From contig JAZKBR010000007.1 in assembly GCA_040388535.1 (NCBI GenBank), positions 4,862-68,861 on the forward strand: 64,000 bases of DNA, given 5' to 3'. The notes under the pieces were generated by a model that saw only the letters and a program-made list of their open reading frames with translations, searched no databases and was not told the DNA's origin. Numbering within the stretch: position 1 is the first letter of the stretch; the number at the start of each line of letters is the position of its first letter. The position numbers and the translations under genes were made by a program. The stretch comes from Gemmatimonadota bacterium (GTDB taxonomy: Bacteria; Gemmatimonadota; Gemmatimonadetes; Gemmatimonadales; GWC2-71-9). Below are positions 26,303-34,727 of this stretch, piece by piece.

Positions 26303-26794
26303 CTACGCCGCAGGAAGGATGACCACCTCAGGCGCCGGCAACGCCGCCGGATCGAGGAAGAGCAACTCCACCAGCGAGCCGAGCTCCGGAATACTGAAGT
26401 AACCGAACTCGAAGGCTTCGCCGCCGCGCGCTTCCTGCACCAGTTCTCGCCCCTGCCGCAGCAGCTCCGCCTTCGCCGCTCGCACCGCGGCGATACTCGG
26501 ATAGACGAGACAGGTGTGGTGGAACCCTTCGCCGTGCTGCTCCAGGTGCTCGTCGTAAATCGTCCGGCCAGTGTGCGGCGTGATCAGCTCGAAGGTGCCA
26601 CCGCCGACCGTTGCCAGCGCAACCCGGAACGAGAAGGGATTGTCCTTGCCGCGGACCTTTCCCTGCGCCACGTCAATCGTCCAGATGTTCCACGGACCGA
26701 TGCCGAAGGTATTCGCGAGTCGCTGAGCCGTTCCCTCGAGGTCGCGGACCAGGAACGCGGTATGGTGCAGGGCGGCAGGCATGGCGTCGTTCAT
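26303..26794 (-). CDS. VOC-family protein
   Basis: 163 aa (LHHTAFLVRDLEGT ... GFHHTCLV). ATGA overlap with the upstream histidine kinase. Confidence 0.75.
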   Translation of the reverse strand: MNDAMPAALHHTAFLVRDLEGTAQRLANTFGIGPWNIWTIDVAQGKVRGKDNPFSFRVALATVGGGTFELITPHTGRTIYDEHLEQHGEGFHHTCLVYPSIAAVRAAKAELLRQGRELVQEARGGEAFEFGYFSIPELGSLVELLFLDPAALPAPEVVILPAA

Positions 26795-27963
26795 TGGCTC
26801 TCCAGGGTGGTTGCCGACGTGGCCCTGAGACTACCTGCTGCCCGCCGATCCGCCAACCCGGGAAGGGTCACTCGGAACGTCGAGCCGAGACCCTCCTGAC
26901 TCTCCACGGTGACGCTGCCGCCGTGAGCCTCCGTGAACGCCTTCACGATCGCGAGGCCGAGTCCGGTGCCGCCAGCAAGTTCCGGATCGGTCTCCCCTTT
27001 CTCGAAGATCGCCTCGATCAGCGAGTCGGGGATCCCCGCACCATTGTCGGTCACCCAGCACTCGACCGCGCCATCGGTACCGGTCTGCAGTGCACCGATC
27101 AGGACCTCGCCGCGAGGCGTGTACTTGATCGCATTGCTGATCAGGTTCTGGAACACCCGCTGCAACAGACTGGCATCGGCATACACGACCAGATCATCGG
27201 GCACGGCATTGACGAGTCGGGTACTGTCGGTCCCCGCGACCGGATGAAGATCATGAATGAGTGCCTCGACCAGAGGCCACAGCTCGAACTCCCGGCGCTC
27301 CACCTTGACCCCGCTCTCGGTCTCGAGGTTGGTGTTCTCCTCGAGCACCTTGGTGACGAGCCGTTCGAGGTGGTGGACGTTCCGGCGCAAGGTGGCCAGC
27401 AGCTTGACCGAGTCGGCGCCTTGCCCGGAGACGCGTGCCTCCAGAATCCGCCCCGTCAGGGAGATGGCATTCAGCGGCGTACGCAAATCGTGCGCGACGA
27501 AGGCGAGATATTCCTCGCGGCGTCGCTGGACGTCGAGCGCGCGTTGCGTCGCATACGTTTCGAGGGCGAGGCCGATCGCGTGATCGAATACCCGATTCAG
27601 CACATGGAATGGTTTGCCCTGCAGGCTCAGGCCGCTCGCGTCGGCGAGATCGTGAATGCAACCGCGCAGAATGTTGTACTCTGCCACGACCTCCTCGATG
27701 TCGAACGCATCGTGCAGGCGCTGCAGACCATGCACCGGAGGACTCCCCTCGTTCAAGACCTCGGCGATCGTCTCCCCCGAGTCCGCTCGCAAGGCGACCG
27801 CGAGTTCCTCGAGCAGGCCGGGGATATGATCATTGAGCGTCGGCACATCGAGATGCCGCGCCGAGGGGAGGTGCCGCACCTGCTCCCGCCAGCGCACGAG
27901 CATGGGCTCGCGTTCCTGCCGGACGAGTACGGCCAGTTGATCCAGCACCTGCTCGGACATCAC
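26791..27963 (-). CDS. cytoplasmic sensor histidine kinase with RsbRD-N-like (globin-like) N-terminal sensor domain
   Basis: 390 aa with H-box FVAHDLRTPLNAI and ATPase N/G boxes (ISNAIKYTP, DNGAGIP, GTGLGLAIV). N-terminal W..V......L.DH.P.LL pattern and HG..R. Confidence 0.8.
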   Translation of the reverse strand: MMSEQVLDQLAVLVRQEREPMLVRWREQVRHLPSARHLDVPTLNDHIPGLLEELAVALRADSGETIAEVLNEGSPPVHGLQRLHDAFDIEEVVAEYNILRGCIHDLADASGLSLQGKPFHVLNRVFDHAIGLALETYATQRALDVQRRREEYLAFVAHDLRTPLNAISLTGRILEARVSGQGADSVKLLATLRRNVHHLERLVTKVLEENTNLETESGVKVERREFELWPLVEALIHDLHPVAGTDSTRLVNAVPDDLVVYADASLLQRVFQNLISNAIKYTPRGEVLIGALQTGTDGAVECWVTDNGAGIPDSLIEAIFEKGETDPELAGGTGLGLAIVKAFTEAHGGSVTVESQEGLGSTFRVTLPGLADRRAAGSLRATSATTLESQ

Positions 27964-28115
27964 GCCTCCGGGGTCACCGTTGAGGCGACTCTCGCCGGCC
28001 GGGTGGATGATTAGGAAGTTGCCGGAACTACGCCCCGGCGACCCGGGAGCGCAAATGATCGGTGAGTTTCCTTCCGGGGGAGGTGCCTGGATCGCGAGGA
28101 TGGTGGATGGATCGC

Positions 28116-30152
28116 TCAGTGCGCGGCGCGGCTGTTCGTCTCCCGCCCGAGCGGCCTGAGCGCCAACAGCCGCATCAACTCGGGGTAGTCAACCGGCTTC
28201 ACCAGATGGTGATCGAACCCGGCCTCGCGCGACTTCTGCCGGTCCGCCTCCTGCCCCCAGCCCGTCAGCGCCACCACGATCATCCTGTGACCCCACGGTT
28301 GCTCCCGGATGCGCCGACAGGCAGCATATCCGTTCAACCGCGGCATCCCGATATCGAGCAACACCACGTCGGGGCGAATGCGCTCCGCCACTTCGACCGC
28401 CTCCAGTCCATCACATGCAGTGTGCGTCTGGTTCCCCGAGATCGCCAGCAACATCGCGAGCGACGCGGCGCTGTCCGCGTTGTCATCAGCAATCAGGATC
28501 CGGCGGGCGGTGGCCGGAGGTTCAGGAACGGCGCTCGGCGCAATGGGCAACACCGCAGGCGTCCCCGGGAGAACAGGGAGGCGGACCACGAACTCGCTCC
28601 CCCGCTCCGAGCCCTCGCTGAACGCCGCCACACTACCGCCGTGCATCTCGACCAGCCGCTTCACCAGCGTCAGGCCGATCCCAAGCCCGCCTTGCGACCG
28701 TTCCAGCGACCGATCCACCTGCGCAAAGAGATCGAAGACGCTCCCGAGCTTCTCGGGCGGGATGCCAACGCCGGTATCTCGCACTCGTACCACCACCTCA
28801 CTGCCGCGCCGCGCTGCGGTGACCCAGACCCTGCCGCCAGGTTCGGTGTATTTGCAGTCGTTGTTCAGCAGGTTGCCGAAGACCTGGGCAAGTCGCGCCG
28901 GATCGGCACTGAGGTAGATCGGTTCCGGCGGCAACGTGACCTCGATGGTGGGCGCGGCCCCTTCCGGCTGGGGGCACGCCTCGACGGCCTGATGCAGCAC
29001 CGTGGAAAGTTCCACCAGCTCGCGCTTGAGATCGATTCGGCCGTGGCTAATCCGGCTCACCTCGAGCAGGTCGTCCACGAGCCGCACCATCTGTACGAGC
29101 TGCCGCTCCATCGTCTCCCGCGCGTGATGCATGACCGCGTGGTTGCCCTCGGAGCGCTTCATGATCTCCAGCATGTTGCGGAGCGGAGCCAGTGGACCAC
29201 GCAACTCATGGGCGAGTGTGGCCAGAAACTCGTCCTTGCGGCGGTCGGCCTCCTGCAACCCTTCCTCGGCGTGCTTCCGGTCGGTGAAGTCGACGCATGA
29301 ACCGATGTACCCCGCGAACTCTCCGTCGGCGTCGAAGCGAGGGACGCCATTGTCCAGCACCCAGCGGTACTCGCTGTCGTGTCGCCTCAGACGATACTCC
29401 ATCGAGAACGGCAGCCGCGCATCGAAATGGGTGAAATAGGTATTCAGGCACCGCTCGAGGTCGGCTTCGTGCACATCAGACGCCCACCCATCACCCCGGA
29501 GTTCTTCGATCCGACGACCGCTGAAATCGAGCCACGACTGGTTGAACCAGGTGCACGCCTTGGTGGTGTCGCTGACCCAGATCAGTACCGGCACGGCGTT
29601 CGCCATGAGCCGGAAGCGCTCCTCACTTTCGCGGAGGGCATGGTGCGCAGCACTCAGCTGTTCGTGATGCCGTTGGGAGGTCAGATCGGTCACCAGCACG
29701 CCGGTGATGGCGCCACAATCAGCAGGCAGCACGTTGAAGGTCATGTAGACCGGGACGAGGCTGCCATCAGATCGCCGCAGGCGCGCCTCGCCACGGCCGA
29801 TTCGTGTCAGCCCCTGCCAGAGCAGATTCTCGTATTGCTGGCGATCGTCCGGAGCGAAGTAATCGTGCAGTGCGGCGCCGAGCAGCTTCTCGTGCGGCAC
29901 CTTCAGCAGGTCGGCGAGACTCTGATTGCAGTAGACGATGGTGCCATCGGCCTGAAGCGTCGCCGCCCCCTGCTGCATCTGCTCGACCAGCAGACGATAG
30001 GGGCGGTCCGCGCCTTGCAGGGTATACACCCGCTGGCCCGTTGGCTCCTCGACCACGAAGGCATCAACGGTCCCCTGCTGGATCGCGCGGATCGTCTCTT
30101 CGGCTTCCTCCAGCCGACGCTGGAGCGCCTCGACTTCTGCGTCACGCGACAT
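28116..30152 (-). CDS. hybrid sensor histidine kinase: coiled coil-PAS-PAS-HisKA-HATPase-receiver
   Basis: 678 aa with H-box LATLAHELRGPLAPL, ATPase DTGVGIP / GGLGIGLTLV and a receiver (ILIADDNADS ... VLLDIGMP ... K). Starts 9 nt after the second kaiB stop. Confidence 0.9.
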   Translation of the reverse strand: MSRDAEVEALQRRLEEAEETIRAIQQGTVDAFVVEEPTGQRVYTLQGADRPYRLLVEQMQQGAATLQADGTIVYCNQSLADLLKVPHEKLLGAALHDYFAPDDRQQYENLLWQGLTRIGRGEARLRRSDGSLVPVYMTFNVLPADCGAITGVLVTDLTSQRHHEQLSAAHHALRESEERFRLMANAVPVLIWVSDTTKACTWFNQSWLDFSGRRIEELRGDGWASDVHEADLERCLNTYFTHFDARLPFSMEYRLRRHDSEYRWVLDNGVPRFDADGEFAGYIGSCVDFTDRKHAEEGLQEADRRKDEFLATLAHELRGPLAPLRNMLEIMKRSEGNHAVMHHARETMERQLVQMVRLVDDLLEVSRISHGRIDLKRELVELSTVLHQAVEACPQPEGAAPTIEVTLPPEPIYLSADPARLAQVFGNLLNNDCKYTEPGGRVWVTAARRGSEVVVRVRDTGVGIPPEKLGSVFDLFAQVDRSLERSQGGLGIGLTLVKRLVEMHGGSVAAFSEGSERGSEFVVRLPVLPGTPAVLPIAPSAVPEPPATARRILIADDNADSAASLAMLLAISGNQTHTACDGLEAVEVAERIRPDVVLLDIGMPRLNGYAACRRIREQPWGHRMIVVALTGWGQEADRQKSREAGFDHHLVKPVDYPELMRLLALRPLGRETNSRAAH

Positions 30153-30161
30153 ATCGGCGTC

Positions 30162-30497
30162 TCAGTGCTTGCGGCGCAAGTCCAGACCGAGCAGCACTCG
30201 ATCCTTGTCGGACAGATTTCCGATGAAGCGGCGCAACGGCGCGGGGAGGAGCTTGACCAGTGTCGGCACCGCGATGATCTGCTCGTCTCTCGCGAGCTGG
30301 GGGTGCTGATAGATGTCAATGACCTCCAGATCGTAGCGCCCCTCGAGATGTTCCTTGCAGATCGACTTGATCATCGCGATCGCCTCGGTCGACCGCGGCG
30401 TCATCCCGGTGACATAGAGCCGAAGGAGGTAACGCTCGCCGGCGGTCTCCGTCAGCAACTGCTCATAGGATGCCGTGGAGTCGGGCTCCTTCTTCAT
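30162..30497 (-). CDS. kaiB: KaiB, second tandem copy, with about 14-aa N-terminal extension
   Basis: ATG at 30497 follows GGAG. YLLRLYVTGMTPRSTEAIAMIKSICKEHLEGRYDLEVIDIYQHPQLARDEQIIAVPTLVKLLPAPLRRFIGNLSD aligns by eye along its length with cyanobacterial KaiB. The 211-aa track ORF is an artefactual extension. Confidence 0.9.
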   Translation of the reverse strand: MKKEPDSTASYEQLLTETAGERYLLRLYVTGMTPRSTEAIAMIKSICKEHLEGRYDLEVIDIYQHPQLARDEQIIAVPTLVKLLPAPLRRFIGNLSDKDRVLLGLDLRRKH

Positions 30498-30517
30498 TGT
30501 GGACTCCGATGCCGGCA

Positions 30518-30820
30518 TCAGTCGGGCGAGAGGGCAGGTCGCAACTGCAACCCGATCAGTGTGCGCTCGGTATTCGACAGGTCGCCGACGATCCGTCGCA
30601 GCGGCTCTGGCAGTTTCCGGACCAGTGTCGGGATCGCCACGATCTGATCTCCCGCCGCAAGTTGGGGATGTTCGATGAGGTCGATGACCTCGATGGTATA
30701 ACGATCGGCCAGATGTTCTTCGCACAACTTCGTGAGATTGGCGAACGCCGCCAGGGACTTGGGTGACTTCCCGGCAACATAGAGGCGCAGTTGCCACTTT
30801 TCGGCTTCAGGTTCGCTCAC
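30518..30820 (-). CDS. kaiB: KaiB, first tandem copy
   Basis: 100 aa ([75 protein letters not shown]). ATGA overlap with the kaiC stop. Confidence 0.92.
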   Translation of the reverse strand: MSEPEAEKWQLRLYVAGKSPKSLAAFANLTKLCEEHLADRYTIEVIDLIEHPQLAAGDQIVAIPTLVRKLPEPLRRIVGDLSNTERTLIGLQLRPALSPD

Positions 30821-32385
30821 TTGCGACTCCGTTCGGACCTGCTGGAACTGACAGGCGATGCGGCGCGCTTGGCCACCGGCGCAACCGCCTCGGCTTCCTG
30901 CTGGAGCGCGGCGAGACGGGCCGACCCGATCAGCACTCCTTCCGGACCGCGATAGACATCGAGCAGGTCGATGCCTCGGCTGGTGAGGACGAACTCGCGA
31001 ATCTGGTTGGAATGGGCCATCCCGCGCGACTTCAAGACGTAGATCGCACGATTCCGCTCGCCGGCCAGTTCCATCTCGCGCAGCAGCAGCCAGGTATCGA
31101 CAACCGACGAGATGTCGACATCGGTGGTCTCGAGTTCCTGGCCGCCCGAGACGAGATTGGTGAAGAACGCCGTGATCTCTTCCGACTTCAGGAAATCGGT
31201 GAGTCGGGTGAGCATCGCGTTGGTATCCCGGCGGCTCCCCACCTGGAGCAGACTGCCGACCGGATCGACGACGACCACGCTGGGCCGGAATTTCTGAATC
31301 AACTTGTGCATCGAGGCCAAGTGCATTTCCAGCCCGTGCATCGTGGAACGCATCGCGTGGAAGTGGAGCAGTCCTTTCTTCACCCAGGGCTCAAGGTCCA
31401 CGCCAATCGACCGCATGTTGCGCACGATCTGCCCCGGTGATTCCTCGAAGGCGAAGTAGAGACACTTTTCGCCACGACGACAGGCCGCCTCGACAAAGTG
31501 CGCGGCGAGACTCGTCTTCCCGCTTCCCGCCGTCCCCGACACCAGCACTGTGCTCCCGCGGAAGTACCCCTTCCCTCCGAGCATCGCATCGAGCCCCGCG
31601 ACCCCGGTCGGAATCCGTTCATTTGTCACCGAGTGCTGCAATCCGAGCGAAGTGATCGGCAAGACGCTGATGCCATCCTCATCGATAAGGAACGGGTACT
31701 CGTTGGTACCGTGCACCGTGCCGCGATACTTGACGATCCGGATACGTCGAGTGGACACCTGGTCAATCACCCGGTGGTCCAGCGAGATCACGCAATCGGA
31801 GACGTACTCCTCGAGTCCGTGCCGGGTGAGTTCGCCGTCGCCGCGCTCACCGGTAATGACCGCTGTGACGCCTTTCTCCTTGAGCCAGCGAAAGAGCCGT
31901 CGAAGTTCGGCGCGCAGGATCCCCTGATTCGACAGGCCACCAAAGAGGGCCTCGATGGTATCGAGCACGACCCGCTTCGCCTTGATGCTGTCGATGGCGT
32001 ATTCGAGCCGGACGAAGAGTCCCTCGAGATCGTAGTCGCCGGTCTCCTCGATCTCGTTGCGTTCGATGCGCACGAAGTCGACAACGATCTTCTTCTGCTT
32101 GACAAGTTCGTCGAGATCGAAGCCGAGCGAGCGGACGTTCTGCGCCAGCTCCTCGGCGGTCTCCTCGAAGGCCATGAAGACGCCGGGCTCGCCGAATTCG
32201 ACGGCCCCGCGGATCAGGAACTCCATCGCCATGAGCGTCTTGCCGCAACCGGCGCTGCCACAGATGAGGGTGGGCCTGCCACGAGGAAGGCCGCCGCCGG
32301 TGATCTCGTCGAGTCCCTGGATCCCGGAGGGAGCCTTCGGAAGTCCTGGGGCGTTCGTACCACTCTGGCTCATGGCTTTCACCAT
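30817..32385 (-). CDS. kaiC: KaiC-family double-domain ATPase/autokinase
   Basis: 522 aa with two RecA-like halves. Walker A motifs GSAGCGKT and GTAGSGKT, catalytic EE pairs ([16 protein letters not shown]) and Walker B VVLD/VVVD. The stretch [12 protein letters not shown] aligns with the cyanobacterial phospho-site stretch T-x4-S-T. An alternative start is ATG 32373. Confidence 0.92.
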   Translation of the reverse strand: MVKAMSQSGTNAPGLPKAPSGIQGLDEITGGGLPRGRPTLICGSAGCGKTLMAMEFLIRGAVEFGEPGVFMAFEETAEELAQNVRSLGFDLDELVKQKKIVVDFVRIERNEIEETGDYDLEGLFVRLEYAIDSIKAKRVVLDTIEALFGGLSNQGILRAELRRLFRWLKEKGVTAVITGERGDGELTRHGLEEYVSDCVISLDHRVIDQVSTRRIRIVKYRGTVHGTNEYPFLIDEDGISVLPITSLGLQHSVTNERIPTGVAGLDAMLGGKGYFRGSTVLVSGTAGSGKTSLAAHFVEAACRRGEKCLYFAFEESPGQIVRNMRSIGVDLEPWVKKGLLHFHAMRSTMHGLEMHLASMHKLIQKFRPSVVVVDPVGSLLQVGSRRDTNAMLTRLTDFLKSEEITAFFTNLVSGGQELETTDVDISSVVDTWLLLREMELAGERNRAIYVLKSRGMAHSNQIREFVLTSRGIDLLDVYRGPEGVLIGSARLAALQQEAEAVAPVAKRAASPVSSSRSERSRK

Positions 32386-32500
32386 TCGTCATTTCCCATG
32401 CGAAAAATTTCCGTCCATCCGGCGCGGCACCCTGAGGTCACGGGACCGTCGGACGGGACTGCAGTATGGCCATCGGGAAGCACGGCGGGCAGGAGTTCCC

Positions 32501-32528
32501 ATTCTAGCTCCGCCTCACCGAAAGGCAA
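32501..32528 (-). promoter_or_regulatory. candidate kaiC-operon promoter TTGCCT-16-TAGAAT (minus strand)
   Basis: Revcomp of AGGCAA (32523-32528) and ATTCTA (32501-32506). About 110 nt upstream of the kaiC ATG. Confidence 0.3.
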
Positions 32529-32635
32529 TACGGCCGTCCCTCGATCGCCATGAGACGCTCAGCGTGTCTCAATCTGCACTCGCTCACCTGGAGCGACCCT
32601 GATCGGGGCTCCCTCCCAGTGGGATCCTGGGGCGG

Positions 32636-33007
32636 TCATCCCGTTGGCATCGCCGGACGGGGGTAGGGCACACTATCGAAGTAGATACCGAACGCGGCGA
32701 TCTTGCCGTCAACGACCTCGAACAGCTCGGCCACATGGCTCTCGAATGGAGCACCACCAGGCGGCTGCAGCTGGTAGTGCGTCAGCGCGCATGCCCGATG
32801 TCCGTCGACGAGGATGTTCCCGACCTCTATCGTCGTTACCATGGCGTAGAAACGCCGAAGTCCAGCGACGCTTGCTTCCTTCCCCATCACCCGCTTCACG
32901 GGCTCGGTGAAGTTCGTGAACTGCAACTCCTCGGAGAGGAAGGCCTCCCACGCTTTCCCTGCCCTCACCGCTTCGAGAAAGCCGAACACCACGTCGCGTG
33001 TCGTCAC
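32636..33007 (-). CDS. SnoaL-like / NTF2-fold protein
   Basis: 123 aa (VVFGFLEAVRAGKAWEAFLSEEL ... VAELFEVVDGKIAAFGIYFD). Confidence 0.7.
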   Translation of the reverse strand: MTTRDVVFGFLEAVRAGKAWEAFLSEELQFTNFTEPVKRVMGKEASVAGLRRFYAMVTTIEVGNILVDGHRACALTHYQLQPPGGAPFESHVAELFEVVDGKIAAFGIYFDSVPYPRPAMPTG

Positions 33008-33120
33008 CGCTCAACCTCCGCTTCACCGTTTGTTTGAAAAACCGTTGATCCCTGTACGACGAACGCGCGTTCACGAGAGGGACAACCGGGACAGGTGCCC
33101 CCGGCAGACGTCATCAGCAC

Positions 33121-33151
33121 CCTTGACAAGAAAAACTGTCAAGGGTATCGT
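33121..33151 (+). promoter_or_regulatory. promoter TTGACA-17-TATCGT ending 6 nt before the ATG, embedded in the perfect palindrome CCTTGACA-N8-TGTCAAGG (33121-33144)
   Basis: TTGACA at 33123-33128, TATCGT at 33146-33151, ATG at 33158. No SD. Confidence 0.6.
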
Positions 33152-33157
33152 CTCCCC

Positions 33158-33763
33158 ATGCTAGACGTCCAGGTTATCGATGATCCCGCGGCCGCCACGG
33201 TGGCTCTCGAGCCGACCAGAAGTCGGCTCCTCTCCGAGCTGGCCAGCCCCAGGTCGGCGGCCACGCTGGCCACCCGGGTCGGCCTGACTCGGCAGAAGGT
33301 CAATTACCATCTCAACGCCCTCGAGGCGCACGGGCTGGTGCGCCTGGCCGAGGAGCGGAAGTGGGGCGGACTCACCGAGCGGCTCCTCGTGGCGACAGCA
33401 GCCTCCTATGTGGTAAACCCCAGCGCCCTGGGCCCGGCAGCCATCGATCCGGACCGGCACGTCGATCGCCTCTCGGCGAGCTATCTCATTGCCCTCGGTG
33501 CCCGCATGGTCCGCGAGGTAGGCGCGCTTGTCCGTCGCGCGGGCGAAACGGGAAAGCGCCTTGCGACCCTCAGCATCGACACTGAGGTTCGCTTCAAGTC
33601 AGCGGCTGACCGCGCCGCGTTCACGGCGGAACTCACCACAGCCATCGCCTCCCTCGTTTCGAAGTATCACGATGCCCACACCCCTGGCGGCCGCGCCCAT
33701 CGACTTGTGCTGGTGGCGCATCCCCTTCCCGAGAAACCCGCACTCCAGGAGCAGCTGCAATGA
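33158..33763 (+). CDS. ArsR-like wHTH transcriptional regulator with C-terminal extension
   Basis: ATG at 33158. Contains ALEPTRSRLLSELASPRSAATLATRVGLTRQKVNYHLNALEAHGLV. ATGA overlap with the downstream SRPBCC gene. The track ORF adds 21 codons across the promoter. Confidence 0.8.
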   Translation: MLDVQVIDDPAAATVALEPTRSRLLSELASPRSAATLATRVGLTRQKVNYHLNALEAHGLVRLAEERKWGGLTERLLVATAASYVVNPSALGPAAIDPDRHVDRLSASYLIALGARMVREVGALVRRAGETGKRLATLSIDTEVRFKSAADRAAFTAELTTAIASLVSKYHDAHTPGGRAHRLVLVAHPLPEKPALQEQLQ

Positions 33764-34575
33764 ACGTGAAGACAGACCCGTCCGGTCGCCGGTATGTGGA
33801 GACCGAATTCGAGGTGCTCGGCACGCCGGAAGAAGTCTGGCAGGCCATCGCAACCGCGAAGGGATTCTCGTCGTGGTTCGCACCTACCGAAGTCGAGCAG
33901 CGCGACGGCAAGAGTGTCGCGATTGTAGTGGACCTGGGTCCGGGGATGGTGATTCGCACTGACATCACCAAATGGGATCCGCCGCGGATGTATGCCACGG
34001 AAGCCCCCGGCTGGATCCCGGGTTCGCCGGCGATGGCGAGTGAGTGGACCGTCGAGGCGCGCGCGGGTGGCAGCTGCGTGATTCGCATCGTGCAGAGCCT
34101 GTTTGCGAGCACCGACGAATGGGACAACCAGCTCGAATCGGCGAAGGGCGGATTCGCCTCCTTCCTCGTGATCCTGCGGCTCTATCTCGCCCATTTCCGC
34201 GGCCAGCACTCGGCGGTGACGCAGTTGAGGGCGCCTGGCGGTGGCACCGACGCCGAGAATTGGGAAGACCTTACCTCATCGCTGGGCTTGAGCGGGATGA
34301 AGGTCGGACAGCGCTTCACGGCACCTGCCGGTTCTCCCCCGCTGAGCGGGGTGATTGAATACGTGACAGACGAACCCTTCGATGCGCTGCTTCGGCTCGA
34401 TCAGCCAGCACCCGGTGTCGCGGCTCTCGGAATTGCCGGCTACCCCGGTGGTCCGAGCATGGTGGCGATGAACCTCTATCTCTATGGCGACAAGGCCGAC
34501 ACAACGCTCGCCGAGGTAACGCCTCGTTGGGAAGCGTGGTTGCAGGAACGCTTCCCGATGCCGGCGCAGAGCTAG
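33760..34575 (+). CDS. SRPBCC/AHSA1-like domain protein (two-domain)
   Basis: 271 aa; GTPEEVWQAIATAKGFSSWF is typical of the family. Confidence 0.75.
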   Translation: MNVKTDPSGRRYVETEFEVLGTPEEVWQAIATAKGFSSWFAPTEVEQRDGKSVAIVVDLGPGMVIRTDITKWDPPRMYATEAPGWIPGSPAMASEWTVEARAGGSCVIRIVQSLFASTDEWDNQLESAKGGFASFLVILRLYLAHFRGQHSAVTQLRAPGGGTDAENWEDLTSSLGLSGMKVGQRFTAPAGSPPLSGVIEYVTDEPFDALLRLDQPAPGVAALGIAGYPGGPSMVAMNLYLYGDKADTTLAEVTPRWEAWLQERFPMPAQS

Positions 34576-34581
34576 CGATTA

Positions 34582-34603
34582 GACGTTTCGTGGACGAAAC
34601 GTC
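34582..34603 (+). terminator. hairpin GACGTTTCG-tgga-CGAAACGTC, 7 nt after the stop codon
   Basis: Perfect 9-bp stem with a 4-nt loop, read directly. No U-tract. Confidence 0.45.
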
Positions 34604-34618
34604 CAATCAGATGGCATC

Positions 34619-34650
34619 GGGCCCGGGTCGTTTTGCAACGATTCGGGCCC
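34619..34650 (+). terminator. 14-bp stem hairpin (GGGCCCGGGTCGTT-ttgc-AACGATTCGGGCCC, including two G-U pairs)
   Basis: Read directly. This is the second hairpin, 15 nt after the first. Confidence 0.45.
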
Positions 34651-34727
34651 ACGGAGCATCAACCCCACGAAGCTCCAAAGCGTAACCCCCGCGAGTACAC
34701 GCCTTGTCACCTGTCCCAGGAGTCGAC

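Noticed and set aside
30162-30797. 211-aa ORF spanning both kaiB genes
   Set aside because: The N-terminal 100 codons are an out-of-frame read-through of kaiB copy 1. ATG 30497, preceded by GGAG, gives a canonical-length KaiB.
28062-32553. Long plus-strand ORFs (28062..29300, 29379..30647, 31498..32553) antisense to the hybrid kinase and kaiC
   Set aside because: These are typical high-GC shadow ORFs. Their translations are Arg/Pro/Gly-rich with no recognisable domains, whereas the opposite strand encodes unmistakable HK, KaiB and KaiC sequences.
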